DNA of 64,000 nucleotides from Marsupella aquatica (Eukaryota > Plantae > Marchantiophyta): NCBI GenBank assembly GCA_973895155.1, contig OZ316898.1, forward strand, positions 6,187,079-6,251,078, read 5' to 3'. The translations under genes and the position numbers were made by a program. Numbering within the stretch: position 1 is the stretch's first letter; the number at the start of each line of letters is the position of its first letter. This document shows positions 1 to 11,746 of this stretch, in pieces. The notes under the pieces were generated by a model. The model was not told the origin of the DNA, ran no database searches, and worked only from the letters and a program-made list of their open reading frames with translations.

Positions 1-2494
1 AATTATAAAAATATCATGGTTTTGTATATGGATGACAAGTTTACCAAGATAAATAGGGAAACTATATATGAAAAGCGTGACATTTTTGTACATACAAAAA
101 AATAGTGGAACTGTAAATTCAAACATCTTTAGTGGCAATGTACTTAAAAGCTGTTTGAAAATATTGTATGACAGTATGATATGTAAGACATTTTCTTATG
201 TCTGTTCAAAGTAGATCTGTATTTGCCCTGCAAAAGGGACTGGGATGCTCAATGTTGAAGTGATTGTCAAAATGCCCGTAAGTTCTTACATCATCATATC
301 AGAGAAATCAATTAACAACCAACATATGTATGAATTATGGGGGCCAATGAAAAAAATTGTCATCAAATATGTCTGAGTATAAATGAGATATTTGGCATCC
401 AATTCCAAGTGATGTAGCTGGACTCATCAACCACACTCCCGACCACAATTACATGAGGGTTTGTTGTAACCCCCAAAAAACCATTGTCTTTTTAATTGAG
501 CATGGGGTGTGGGAGTTGAGAATAGTCTTTAATGACGTGTTCTACTTTTGTGAGGTAGTTGAGATTGTGAGTGCTTAGTTTTCCAGAAATGTCTAACTCC
601 TAATGACTACAAGTAGTAACTGCATAAATTTTGATGCAACTAAAGATTATACATGATTTGTGTGCAGGTTCAAAATCTCGTGGAGGGATAATCAGATTTG
701 TTGAAATCTATTCTACACAGTTAAATGTCCACTTCATAAATTTAGCATTATAATACCTGAAATATTGACAATATTACACAGAACTTAGATGATTTTTTAG
801 ATTAGCAGATGCACATGTGTTTTGTATCCTAATTATACACTAAATTTCATGGGGAACCCAAATTTGTGATGGTCAAACACTCATTTTGACTAAGGGAACC
901 TAAGTTCATGATGGTGTGTGTTGCTCAAATGGGCCTCTGCAGGGATGCAACAATTTATTGCATGTGACATCAGCCATCATGTCATAAATTATACATCAAA
1001 GAAGCATGCTACCAAGCCATCAAGTACACAAAATAATTAAAAGAAAGTTCAGCCTGGATGGACTGAGGGGTCTGTTTTGCCTTTTCCCATGGACTATATG
1101 ACACACATGGCTTCACTTTCCACCCAAAATCCACATTGTTGGTTATCCTAAGAAGGACGCTTCACTTTTGAGAAAAACGCCCTGAGTAGATTGGTGTTGT
1201 GACCAACTATGAAATGCTAGTTTTTAGCAAACGTGTGCATTTATTTAATCAAATTTGGAGGTCTGATGCAGCTCAAAATTTTCCAGCATGTTCTCTGATG
1301 TCCAATCTATTACCAGACAAAGTCTCAGTTTTTTTCTGAAACCACTTGGTCCATCGCCAATGAGTGCAAAGATGGTCCATTATTATAAATTAACCACCAA
1401 CGGATGCTTCGCTTTTGTAAAGAACACCCTCAGAACTTGGGCACAAGCACCAACTTACCACTTTGGGACATTGACACGTCCCTTTTATGAAGGACGCTCT
1501 GAGTAGTTTGCGTGAGCTGCGACTTACAGGTTACATATGACTCAAAATTGTAAAGAGTGTTATCCGAGGGCAGATTTGATGTTCTGAGTCACTCCATCCC
1601 AACTTTGGAAATCCATGGGGGGTTCACAGCAAACCCCTAGGTCTATCCAGGCTTTACTTTCCCACTAAAATCACAGTAAATGAAAATAACATACAATAAT
1701 TACTATATGTAATACTAGAGGTGTAAACTTTTGTATGGAAAAGGCATATAATAGAACTAAAATTGATGGGGACCGGTGCCAAGAAGGACCGAGGATATTT
1801 AACAAATTGTTGTCTAACTCTATGTACCAGTCTTCTTGGTGTTGTAGGAGATATTGCCTGGTCAGGGATTGTTCCTGGTGAAAGGTTGATGTTCTTGCAC
1901 GTAGGGTAATCAGCTTTCCGGTTAGTTCATCTTTTATCATGCTTTAGACTCAGAGTTGGATAGTGTATAGTTTGATAATTTCTACCATAATTTCTCTTTT
2001 TGCTTTCAGAAGTAAAGGTTTAGATGTTCAACGTGGACTAACTTGCTGTTGTTCATGCTACTTAGTGGTCTGGCAGCTTGGGCTTAGGTGTCGGGTCTTA
2101 GGGCCTGGGTCACCCTGACTTGCTCTTTTGGCACCCTTGTTGGAGTTGTCTATGCATCCACACTTGGATTTAGTGCTGCTTGTTTCCCCTAATCCGAGGG
2201 GCTTAAGGGAAATCAACCAATATATAAAAGATATTTCTCAAGAACTTCATGTACTGCATGAATTATTAGACATTTACTCTTAGGTCTAGAGTTAGTATGT
2301 AACACAATTAGCCTAACCATAGTCAGGTACTTGGCTAAGGTTAGATCTGCGACTATAATATTCACTAGCAAGACTTTGTTAGGGAGTGGAATTTAGACTT
2401 ATTGTTACGGAGCCATCTAGGAGATAGGAAGAACTTACTTTGTGGTGACTTGATATGGTTGACAAACTTGGAGTAAGTTCAATAAATCTTTCTT

Positions 2495-3022
2495 TGTAGG
2501 GAAACCACGCACGATACAATCACACAAGCTCAACCATCAAGCAAGCATACACACCAACAGCAAGATACATGGTTCACCTAAGTTATCAAGGCTTAGTCCA
2601 TGGAATGCAAAAGCTTTCCTAAGGTTTGGTCCTAAGGTTTGGTCACCATGGTCACACAAAGCCTCCTTGGCTACAAGCTCTCCTCCTAGCACCTAGCTAT
2701 CTCCCTAATTAATGACCATGAGTCTCCAAGAAGAGCTCTCACCAGCCTCTCTATATGTTAGAAACAAGATTCAGGGCTAATCACCAATAACACCCTAATG
2801 GTGGTTTAGCATAGGTAACTAGAAGTTAACGAGAGATATACTTGATGGACCCCCAAATTGAAATGTCTTACTTGATAGACCCCATGAGCTTTTGGGTACA
2901 TTGATTTGAGATCTATCAACAGTCTGGATCACTCATGGGACCATCAAAAAATATTTTGCATTTTGGGGGTCCGTCAAGTATCTCTCTCAGAAGTTAACCC
3001 AAGACTAGACTTAACCTTAACA
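2495..3022 (-). mobile_element. Solo LTR related to the copia LTR at 6052
   Basis: TG...CA ends and a perfect 5-bp TSD TTCTT (2490-2494 and 3023-3027). The reverse complement begins TGTTAAGGTTAAGTCTAGTCTTGGGTTAACT, similar to the copia LTR start TGTAGAGGTTAACTCAGTCTTGGGTTGAACT. Confidence 0.8.
2831..2988. mobile_element. Mutator-like MITE, 158 bp
   Basis: Long terminal inverted repeats (GAGAGATATACTTGATGGACCCCCAAA vs TTTGGGGGTCCGTCAAGTATCTCTCTC) and a perfect 10-bp TSD AGAAGTTAAC (2821-2830 and 2989-2998). Confidence 0.85.
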
Positions 3023-3116
3023 TTCTTGTGTGTTCCCATGAAAATAAATTTCTATGGAAGTGAATTAACCTTAACATTCTTGTGTGTTCCCATGAAAATA
3101 ATTTCTATGGAAGTGA
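3011..3116. repeat. Tandem duplication of about 53 bp spanning the solo-LTR end
   Basis: TTAACCTTAACATTCTTGTGTGTTCCCATGAAAATAA(A)TTTCTATGGAAGTGA occurs twice. Confidence 0.9.
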
Positions 3117-5430
3117 TTTGTGTATCTCTCACGTAGTTGTCTACTGGTGTACTCAAGTGATGTTGCACATATGCATGTTTTCTTTGCTTAGTTATCAATT
3201 GCCAATTGCCCAATATGATTGTCTCAACAATGATTCAAGAAAAATTATCTGACTAAATCTGGTTTAGTCTCCAATTCAATCCCTTCTTGTTTGATGGTCA
3301 CTTCCCATGAGCATCAACAACGGGCAGCGAGTCATGCCCTTTCGGCCTCAGCTTTGACACACCCCAATAGTTGCAATGGGAAACTACAATCATGAATTAT
3401 GTAGCCACGTGTAACATTAGAAGCCAATTTTGGGCTTGGCCTAGTTGGCATTTAGATCTTTGGGCTTTTTGTTTGCTCATGGCCGCATTGTTCTTCCTCT
3501 TCGGGGTATCTATTATCAGGGGGCTTCTCATGGAGTTAGTACAAACTGTCTTCAGGCATTAACCCATTGAATCCAAAGACATAATGCATATTGTCTTCAA
3601 ATCATAGTTTCGACAGCGGCAGTCGCTTTTTGCGGTTTCTCCCGAATCATCTCCATGATTTCTCGGTCTACCATGCAAGGTTGACCGCACGGTTCAACTG
3701 TGCAGTTTGCTTGGAGTCACCATACATAGTAGGCATCACACAAGGATAGGTGTAGGCACCACACAAGAACAGGTGTACTGGTCATTAAGAGTGATCCTAC
3801 TTGATAAAAAAAGTTACCTAAGGGCCCATCAGGTAAGAAAAGTTCACCAAAACCCATCAAACATATATATCTAATAATTTGGAAAAACCATAACAGACTC
3901 TCATTGATTAGGGGCAAAGCTATTTTCTTGGGGCAAAGCTACTTCCTTTGAATCAATGAATGCAGTCACATTTCCTTGGGGCAAAGCTATTTCCTTTGAA
4001 TCAATGAATGTCACATTTTGATGTGTGATTACGAACAAGGTTATTTACTTGGTTTAGCTTACCCTCTCTCCAATTCGTGCGCGTATTTTCAGGGGCGATC
4101 AGAAAAAATTGTCGCCAACGGATTTCAGTTAAACTCTAATTAATTGTATCATTAAATCAGAAGTCATTGATCAATTCAAGGAAGTCGCGTCGATGGCGGC
4201 CGTGGTTTAACCAGTCGGCGATGTCCCAGCAATCACTGCTGTGCGACTCACCAACGCCGACAACCGGTGATACCCGGTGCCCTGCCCCACGTCGGTTCAT
4301 TTATGTGGTCCGAAGCACAAGAAACACGTCCTAAAATGTGGGAATTAATATGAACCATGAGGTCTCCTGAATAATTATTCTGGGGATTTCCGTTCCTTCA
4401 TTCGTCGCGGTTGTGGGCCCAGATGACCCAACTGTGACCGGTTACATCGGTGGACTTGAGTACCTTTACGTCACCACCCAACCTCCAATTGATGCTGGTC
4501 TTTGAAACCGAGGAAACCGCCCCCAAGAAACTCGCAAACAAGGGGAGAACCGCTGTGCATGATGGAAAACAAGACACTCCAGTCTCCACTGTGCCCCTTC
4601 CCCACTGGGGGTGCAACTAGTCAATCTCAGCGCATCGGAAAGGGACCAAACGACCACTGCACAAGTGAATGTTTAGCATGCGTGGCTGTGCCAGAGTAAT
4701 AACTCGGGTTGCCGGGAGTCCGGGATCCTCGAAGAATGACTTTCCGGGGGACAGAATCGACGTCTCGACTATCGCCCTAATTGCGCTCGCGCCATTGGTG
4801 CCGTCGATCTTTCTCTGCATTAATGCAATGTCGTCTGGGTTGGTCTCTCCGTGATGGCCATGTCTTGCCACACATTAAAGAAATGAACATGGATCGCCAG
4901 GACCGACACGTCGGTGTTTAGCCTCCCCTCGCCAATGGCGTGCACGTCTCGTCTGTTGTGTGCTATGGAATGATGAATGACTTGTGAGCATGAGATGTGC
5001 ACACATACATACCTTGTGATGCGTCTGTTTAACCGTACGTGTACACCAAGGATGACTGTTTCCTCGCGCAAGCCCTCGTTTTCTGTCCTTTGTCAACAAT
5101 GACGGAGCAGTACGTACGTGCACGCTCTGTAAAGATGTCTTTCTCCCGTTCTCTCTTTTTCTCCCTCTCCCGGCGACAAGGGTGCGCTACTTCTTACGCT
5201 GTTCTCACCGACACGCCACCAACCAAACCAGGTAGCTTAGCACTGTCGCAGTTGCTGTGCCGATCGCCATCGCCACCTTTCCCTCGATATTAGGAACCCT
5301 CTGCTACGGTCATTTCGAGTCCTAAATAACGAGAAGTCTGCTTTCTAAATATAACCATCAAGATGAGCAAATGGATGTACAATAGACAGTGATTTAAACA
5401 ATGTAAAGTCAAAGATGCATTCTTTGACCA

Positions 5431-5870
5431 GGGTTTTCTTAGATTGTCACCCCTTTTTTGTTGGTAAATAGACCATAATTATTACAATGGTACCTTTTTT
5501 GGTGTATGGGTTAAACGACTTAACCTTGGTTAACCATATATGATCTAGTATATCAAGGGAGAATCTGACAGCTCCCATCACCCTCACAGTAGGGGGGGGG
5601 GGGGGGTCACTTACCTTGAGGGTGTGAGGGCAGAGGAGCGCAGAATCCACCCTAGCTGACCAATAGTGGTCATGTGTGAATCTTACAGGAGGGAGATTGG
5701 AACCACCTAATTTTTGATGTGACAATCTCAGAGCAGTAAGATTCTTCTGCTTAATTAATCAGGGATAAGTCATGTAGCCCATGAAAAAAATAGGCGCATT
5801 GCTGAAATAATCTTTTAAAGAGTGGTATGTCTTGATACTTGACAAAAAAGGTGGCAATCTAGTAAAACCC
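5431..5870. mobile_element. Mutator-like non-autonomous TIR element, about 440 bp
   Basis: Left end GGGTTTTCTTAGATTGTCACCCCTTTTTTG matches the reverse complement of the right end, GGGTTTTACTAGATTGCCACCTTTTTTG. Candidate 9-bp TSD ATTCTTTGA at 5419-5427 and 5873-5881, slightly offset from the TIR ends. Confidence 0.7.
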
Positions 5871-6051
5871 AGATTCTTTGATACTATGTATTTCAGTAGT
5901 TAATGAGATTGACCTTGACAACCAAAGAGAAGTGAATAATGTTCATTTGCAATTGCACGACACAATTTACCAAAGTGAAGTATGACTCAAAGTGACACTA
6001 GTCTTGATGTCAACCCCATTGTACCAGAATTTGAGCCTAAGCACACATATC

Positions 6052-6377
6052 TATAGAGGTTAACTCAGTCTTGGGTTGAACTATGGTTAGGATGTTAACT
6101 AGGGTTAGAGTAAACCCTAGTTGAAGAGATTGATCCTTATCTCTTCAACTTGTATGTGGTGTGAGAACACACACAAGAGAGTTCTCAAGAGAGAACACAG
6201 GGATATAGCAAGAGATGAGAGCTTGAAGAGATGGGAGCTATGGTGATGCTTGAGTACACACATAACCGCTAATAAAACTTTGTATTCCCGTGGACGTAGC
6301 CAACCTAGAGGCGAACCACGTAACTATTGAGCACGTGTATGTTTGGAGTGTATTTCCTGATCTGATTTCTCCCCACA
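6052..6377 (+). repeat. 5' LTR
   Basis: Direct repeat of 11747-12072. Begins TA (mutated TG) and ends CA. Confidence 0.95.
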
Positions 6378-6379
6378 AT

Positions 6380-6391
6380 TGGTATCAGAGC
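6380..6391 (+). other. Primer binding site for initiator tRNA-Met
   Basis: TGGTATCAGAGC, 2 nt after the 5' LTR. Confidence 0.95.
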
Positions 6392-7549
6392 TCAGGTTTT
6401 TTCAGTCGATTAGGAACTCCATAGAACTTGCTTCAAGCAAAGCGAACAGCGGATGATTTCCTCTTCGAAGCGGAGCTATTGAAAGAAGATCGGACTCAAT
6501 CTTCTCATAAGTGTGGAGCACACAACCAGGGGCTCATTTCAGTGAAGCAATGAAGGCCTGAGGTTAGAAACGGAAACAATTGTAAGTGACGGTTTTCAAT
6601 TTACGTTATCGGGCAAGAGATAAGGTCAATTTCTCAGATCAGTCTTTTTTATTGTTCTATCGGGACTTGAAACTGAGATACGCTTGAACGCCTTGTCTTT
6701 CTAGACGTTTCGATATCAACATCGTTGAATTCCGTCAAACGGTTGAGAAAAAATCTTAATTTCAATTCTCGTTTTTTGAGCTCAAAATTTTGGCTGTGGC
6801 GCATAACTTAATATCAGTCACTTTCAACGAATCGTTTCTCCCTCATTACTCCACCGTTTTGCGAGTTCTTTATATCGATCTTGATGCCCTCGAAGTCTAG
6901 TTTCTGAATCTGAAATCAGAATTGGATTTCGTCAAAAACTGAGACGGGAATTTGAGTGAATCCGCCGAGGGGTACTTTCTGCCGCTAGTAGTCGTGACTT
7001 CCGCGGACGCGCGAGGAGGTCGAAAACTTCGAGGAGGCCTTTTAGGGCTCGACAAGGCTCGGGCAGGGGGAAGTGCCCCCTGTGAATTTCCCCCACAGGG
7101 GCTGTACAAGGGCGGACGGAATTTCCCGAAAAGATTCTTTTTCCATAGGCTTAAATTTTTACCGAAGGTCAAAGATTCCGAGCGGCAAACAAAATCGAAT
7201 CAACTTCAACTTTTGGAGAGGTGTACTTGGGGAAGCTAGGCAAGCATTGGTGTGCTCAATTTTGGAAACGCATACTAGTGGAATCTTTGGCATAAAAGAT
7301 TCCCTCGAGGGGTATTTATTTCATTTTTTACCCCCCTCCGGTCAGAGTAAAAATTCTCGGCACTCGAGAGTCTGTTTGACAAACCGTTTTCAGCATTTGG
7401 AGCGTTACCTTGTGGGCTACACACGGGAGTGATCAGTTTCAAAATTCACCAACTTTCATTTTTGGTCTTATTTTCACACCCCGCATCTGAGCATTCGACG
7501 TTTATTTCTTGTTGGAAGGCAACTCCACACTACATTTGGCATTCTAGCG

Positions 7550-10500
7550 ATGGCGACTACTAGGATTGGAGGTCAAAGGTTTGAGGTGGAAAAATTTGAT
7601 GGTCGGATGGACTATACAATGTGGGAACGTAACGTGAGGGATGCACTTAGAGCGATGGGCCTAGGCAAGGTACTAAGATCTCAACCCAAGGAGATGGAAG
7701 ATGATGATTGGCATGATCTTCAGGATCAAGCGGTAAGCATTGTTGGAATGTACCTGAAAAATAATGTGAAAAAGCAATTCGAGGAAAAATCAACACAAAC
7801 GGTGACGGACTTGTTTCAAGCATTGCGCAACAAGTACTACAAGAAGGAGATGTCAAACCAAATGTATGCAAGCCTGAAGCTCATGCAATTCAAAATGGCT
7901 GATGGAGTCAAGATTCAAGATCATATCGATCAGTTCAATGATCTTGTGGTTGACCTAGAGAATTTGGGGGAACATTTGAGCGAAGAAAAGAAAGCCTTAC
8001 AACTCTTGAGCTCACTACCACCTTCGTACCAATCTTTGTCTCGAGTTCTTCTATTCCGTGATAAGACAACTATATCCTACAATGATGTGGTGAGTGCCCT
8101 GTTGACCGATGACATGCAGTCTAAGTTAGTTTCTTCAGCTCATCCTACCTCAACCTCATCATCAACAGCATTGTTGGTAGAAAGAGGCAAATCAAGGGAG
8201 CCATCTCATGAAAACAAAAGGTTTAACCCACTTCCCATGGAGCGAGGAAGGTTCCACGACCGATCTTTTGGTAGGAGAAGGTTTAGATCCAGATCTAGAT
8301 CTCGATCCAAATCACCATCCAAGTCTACTCGTGAGATAAAGTGTTGGAAGTGTGATAAAGTGGGCCACATGAAGAAGGATTGTCGCGTCAAAGACACATT
8401 CAAGGAAGTTGCCGGTTCTTCAGTCCAAGTAGTTGTTCGAAAAGAGGATAGTGAAGGATTTGCATTGTGTACCACTTCCCAAGTTGAGGATTGTCAATGG
8501 ATTTTGGATTCCGCTTGCTCGTATCACATGTGTTATATGCGTGAATTTTTCTCATCCTACACTCCTATCAACGGATCTGTTTTGATGGGAAATAATCATT
8601 CTTGCAAAGTTTTAGGGATTGGATCCGTAAAGATTCAACTACCTGGTGGCAAGTACTGTACTCTATCAAATGTCAGACACATTCCAGAAATGTGTAAGAA
8701 TTTGATTTCTCTTGGCTACTTGGATGCGAAGGGTTATCAATGGAGTGCAACTGATGGGGTGTTAACAGTCACGCATGGATCAACTGAAGTTCTTATTGGC
8801 AAGAGGAAAAGAAACATCTATGTCTTGGAAGGCACCACCCTTCCTGCCGAAGTCAATTTGGTCACATCTCAGGAGGAGAAAATCAATTTATGGCATGCTC
8901 GGCTTGGTCACATGAGTGAAAAAAGTTTAGAAATTTTACACAAGCGACATCTCCTACCAGGATTGCAAGCATGCAAGTTGAGTTTTTGTGATCATTGCAT
9001 TGTCGGCAAGAAAATAAGAACTCCATTTCTGACTGCTATTCATCATTCTAAAATTGTACTTGAGTATATTCATTCCGATGTGTGGGGTCCTGCTCCGGTT
9101 TCCTCACATTCAGGCAAACAATACTATGTATCGTTTATCGATGATTACTCAAGGTTTGTTTGGATTTATTTCATTGCCCATAAGTTTGAAGTGCTTTCCA
9201 TCTTCAAACAATGGGTAGCTCAAGTTGAGACACAGACTGCAAAGAATGTGAGATATCTACGATCAGATAATGGTGGTGAATACACCTCTAGCAAGTTCAA
9301 CACATATTGTGCAAATAAGGGAATTACTCACCATCTCACAACTGTGTACACTCCTGAGCAAAATGGTGTTGCTGAGCGACTCAACCGCACATTGTTGGAG
9401 CGAGCAAGGAGCATGTTGAGCCACTCTAAATTGCCACAAATCTTTTGGATGGAAGCTGTCAACATAGCTGCTTATCTAGTAAATCTCTCTCCTAGTCGGG
9501 CAATTACTTACAAAACCCCCTTTGAGCTATGGCACAATCGACCTGCTGATTATTCAAAGCTTAGGGTTTTTGGTTGTGAAGCATATGCACATGTTCCTAG
9601 CAACAATAGGACTAAGCTAGATCCTAGAGCCCATAAATGCATTTTTCTTGGTTATAAGTATGAAGTTAAAGGTTATCGGTTGTGGGATCCAGTTGATTGC
9701 AAGTTACTTGTTAGTCGGGATGTATCCTTCAATGAAGAAAAATCATTGAAGGAGGGGGAGATAGATCAATTCCCTACTACTAACAAAGAGCAATCTCCTC
9801 CTCTAGAGGATTTAAGGGGAGAGAATGTGTCAAATGAAGAATATGTTGACACTACTGTAAGGCAAAGCGCACTACAATCAGATCAACCAGAGTCTTCAGT
9901 GCGAAGAGGAACTCGAAAATGTCAAGCCCGGAAAAGGTATGGAACTTGGCTTCCTTCTGATCAAGTGGATTTGAATGAAGAATCTATTGATGCATTGGTG
10001 ACAGAAGATGGAGATCCATCCTCATTTCGAGAGGTCCTAGCTTCTATGGAGAAGCAACAGTGGCAGACGGCGATGCGCATGGAAATGAAATCACTTCATG
10101 ATAACAAGACTTGGGAACTCACAAGTCTACCTAGTGACAAGCAGGCTGTTGACAACAAGTGGGTGTATAGAAAGAAAGATGGACCCACGGAGGATGCTGA
10201 GAAGATATTTAAGGCTCGGTTGGTAGCCAAGGGTTTTACTCAACAGAAAGGTATAGACTACAATGAGGTTTTTTCACCCGTAGCAAAGTATTCAACAATA
10301 CGTTTGCTATGTGCTCTTGTAGTTTTATTTGATCTAGTTTTAGATCAAATGGATGTTGTCACGGCATTCTTATATGGATCGTTGGATGAGGTGATTTACA
10401 TGAGGCAACCAGAGGGTTTTGTACAAAAGGGCAAGGAAAATTTGGTATGCAGATTGCTAAAATCCTTGTATGGATTAAAGCAGAGCCCAAGGCAGTGGAA

Positions 10501-11554
10501 CAAGCGTTTTGATGAATTTTTGAAATCGCTTGGATTTTTGCGAAGCGTGTACGATCCATGTGTTTACATCAGGCGTGTGAACAACATAGGTTTTAAGTTT
10601 GTCATTGCAGCAAAGGATAGGGGCGAAGTTGATAAGCTTAAGGCCCAACTCAGTTCTGAGTTTAAGATGAAGGACTTGGGCACAGCCAAGAGGATCCTAG
10701 GCATGGAGATTGTCAGGGATGTGAACAAAGCCAAACTTTGGCTGACGCAAAAAAGATATGCAGAGAAGGTGCTCTCAAAATTCAACATGGCAGATGCTAA
10801 GGCTGTGAGTGTTCCTTTGGCAAGGCATTTCAATATTTTTGCAGCATTTTGTCCATCGGATGCAACAGACAAAAGTTTGATGTCCAAAGTTCCTTATGAA
10901 AGTGCTGTGGGCAGTTTAATGTATCTCATGGTATGCACCCGACCAGACATAGCTTATGCCGTTAGCAAGGTAAGCAGATACATGACAAATCCAGGAAAAG
11001 TCCATTGGGAAGCAGTGAAATGGATTTTGCGCTACATCAGAGGTTCCACTAAGAAGGGTTTATTGTTTGATGCAAGTTCAAACAATATGAAAGTGCTTCA
11101 AGGTTATGTGGATGCAGACTACGCAGGTGATCTGGATAAGAGGAGATCAACAACTGGATATGTATTTACACTTGCTGGTGGATGCATTAGTTGGAAGTCT
11201 ACTCTCCAAAAGTGTGTTGCAAAGTCTACTATGGATGCCGAGTATGTAGCGGCAGCAGAAGCAGCATCAGAGACCATTTGGTTGAAAAAGCTTGTCAAAG
11301 AGATGGGCTTATCACAAGATTCTGTGTATCTTCATTGTGACAGTCAAAGTGCAATTTACACTGCCAAGAATCAGGTGATGGATGGCAGGGTAAAGCACAT
11401 TGATGTCCGCTATCATTTCATCCGACAGGCATTATCGGATGATGAATTTGAGCTTGTCAAGATTGATGGAAAGCTTAATCCAGCGGATGCTTTTACCAAA
11501 GTATTAGACTCCAATAGTTTTTCAAGGCATTGTAATTATTTACAAATATTGTAA
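7550..11554 (+). CDS. Copia Gag-Pol polyprotein (1334 aa), RT catalytic motif deleted
   Basis: Zinc knuckle CWKCDKVGHMKKDC; protease WILDSACSYHM; integrase WHARLGH...CDHC, HSDVWG, RSDNGGEY, NGVAER; RT KARLVAKGF, QMDVVTAFL, LKSLYGLKQSPRQW; RNase H YVDADYAGD and KHIDVRYH. Confidence 0.95.
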   Translation: MATTRIGGQRFEVEKFDGRMDYTMWERNVRDALRAMGLGKVLRSQPKEMEDDDWHDLQDQAVSIVGMYLKNNVKKQFEEKSTQTVTDLFQALRNKYYKKEMSNQMYASLKLMQFKMADGVKIQDHIDQFNDLVVDLENLGEHLSEEKKALQLLSSLPPSYQSLSRVLLFRDKTTISYNDVVSALLTDDMQSKLVSSAHPTSTSSSTALLVERGKSREPSHENKRFNPLPMERGRFHDRSFGRRRFRSRSRSRSKSPSKSTREIKCWKCDKVGHMKKDCRVKDTFKEVAGSSVQVVVRKEDSEGFALCTTSQVEDCQWILDSACSYHMCYMREFFSSYTPINGSVLMGNNHSCKVLGIGSVKIQLPGGKYCTLSNVRHIPEMCKNLISLGYLDAKGYQWSATDGVLTVTHGSTEVLIGKRKRNIYVLEGTTLPAEVNLVTSQEEKINLWHARLGHMSEKSLEILHKRHLLPGLQACKLSFCDHCIVGKKIRTPFLTAIHHSKIVLEYIHSDVWGPAPVSSHSGKQYYVSFIDDYSRFVWIYFIAHKFEVLSIFKQWVAQVETQTAKNVRYLRSDNGGEYTSSKFNTYCANKGITHHLTTVYTPEQNGVAERLNRTLLERARSMLSHSKLPQIFWMEAVNIAAYLVNLSPSRAITYKTPFELWHNRPADYSKLRVFGCEAYAHVPSNNRTKLDPRAHKCIFLGYKYEVKGYRLWDPVDCKLLVSRDVSFNEEKSLKEGEIDQFPTTNKEQSPPLEDLRGENVSNEEYVDTTVRQSALQSDQPESSVRRGTRKCQARKRYGTWLPSDQVDLNEESIDALVTEDGDPSSFREVLASMEKQQWQTAMRMEMKSLHDNKTWELTSLPSDKQAVDNKWVYRKKDGPTEDAEKIFKARLVAKGFTQQKGIDYNEVFSPVAKYSTIRLLCALVVLFDLVLDQMDVVTAFLYGSLDEVIYMRQPEGFVQKGKENLVCRLLKSLYGLKQSPRQWNKRFDEFLKSLGFLRSVYDPCVYIRRVNNIGFKFVIAAKDRGEVDKLKAQLSSEFKMKDLGTAKRILGMEIVRDVNKAKLWLTQKRYAEKVLSKFNMADAKAVSVPLARHFNIFAAFCPSDATDKSLMSKVPYESAVGSLMYLMVCTRPDIAYAVSKVSRYMTNPGKVHWEAVKWILRYIRGSTKKGLLFDASSNNMKVLQGYVDADYAGDLDKRRSTTGYVFTLAGGCISWKSTLQKCVAKSTMDAEYVAAAEAASETIWLKKLVKEMGLSQDSVYLHCDSQSAIYTAKNQVMDGRVKHIDVRYHFIRQALSDDEFELVKIDGKLNPADAFTKVLDSNSFSRHCNYLQIL

Positions 11555-11735
11555 ATAGAGTTAACCAAGAAAATGTCTCTATATGAGTACTCCATCCGAT
11601 GGCTTATCGGCTACGGCTTAGTTCTAGTTAACCCTTGCATTAGGGGGAGGGTCTTTTGGCCTTACTGTCTTGAACTTCCCGCGGAGGAACTTGTAAGGAA
11701 AAGACAATATTATGAACCCTCCCAAGACGTGAGTC

Positions 11736-11744
11736 AAGGGGGAG
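11736..11744 (+). other. Polypurine tract
   Basis: AAGGGGGAG just before the 3' LTR. Confidence 0.9.
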
Positions 11745-11746
11745 TT

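Larger units (their letters stand above)
2264..3229 (+). mobile_element. Degraded solo LTR (family starting TGTTAGACATTTACTCTTAGGTCTAG), host of nested insertions
   Basis: Start (T[A]TTAGACATTTACTCTTAGGTCTAG) matches the copies at 18072 and about 18779. Ends in CTCAACA. The TSD is imperfect. Confidence 0.6.

Noticed and set aside
11107-11121. YVDAD as the RT catalytic motif
   Set aside because: It is the RNase H N-terminal motif (GYVDADYAGD), far downstream of the RT active-site position.
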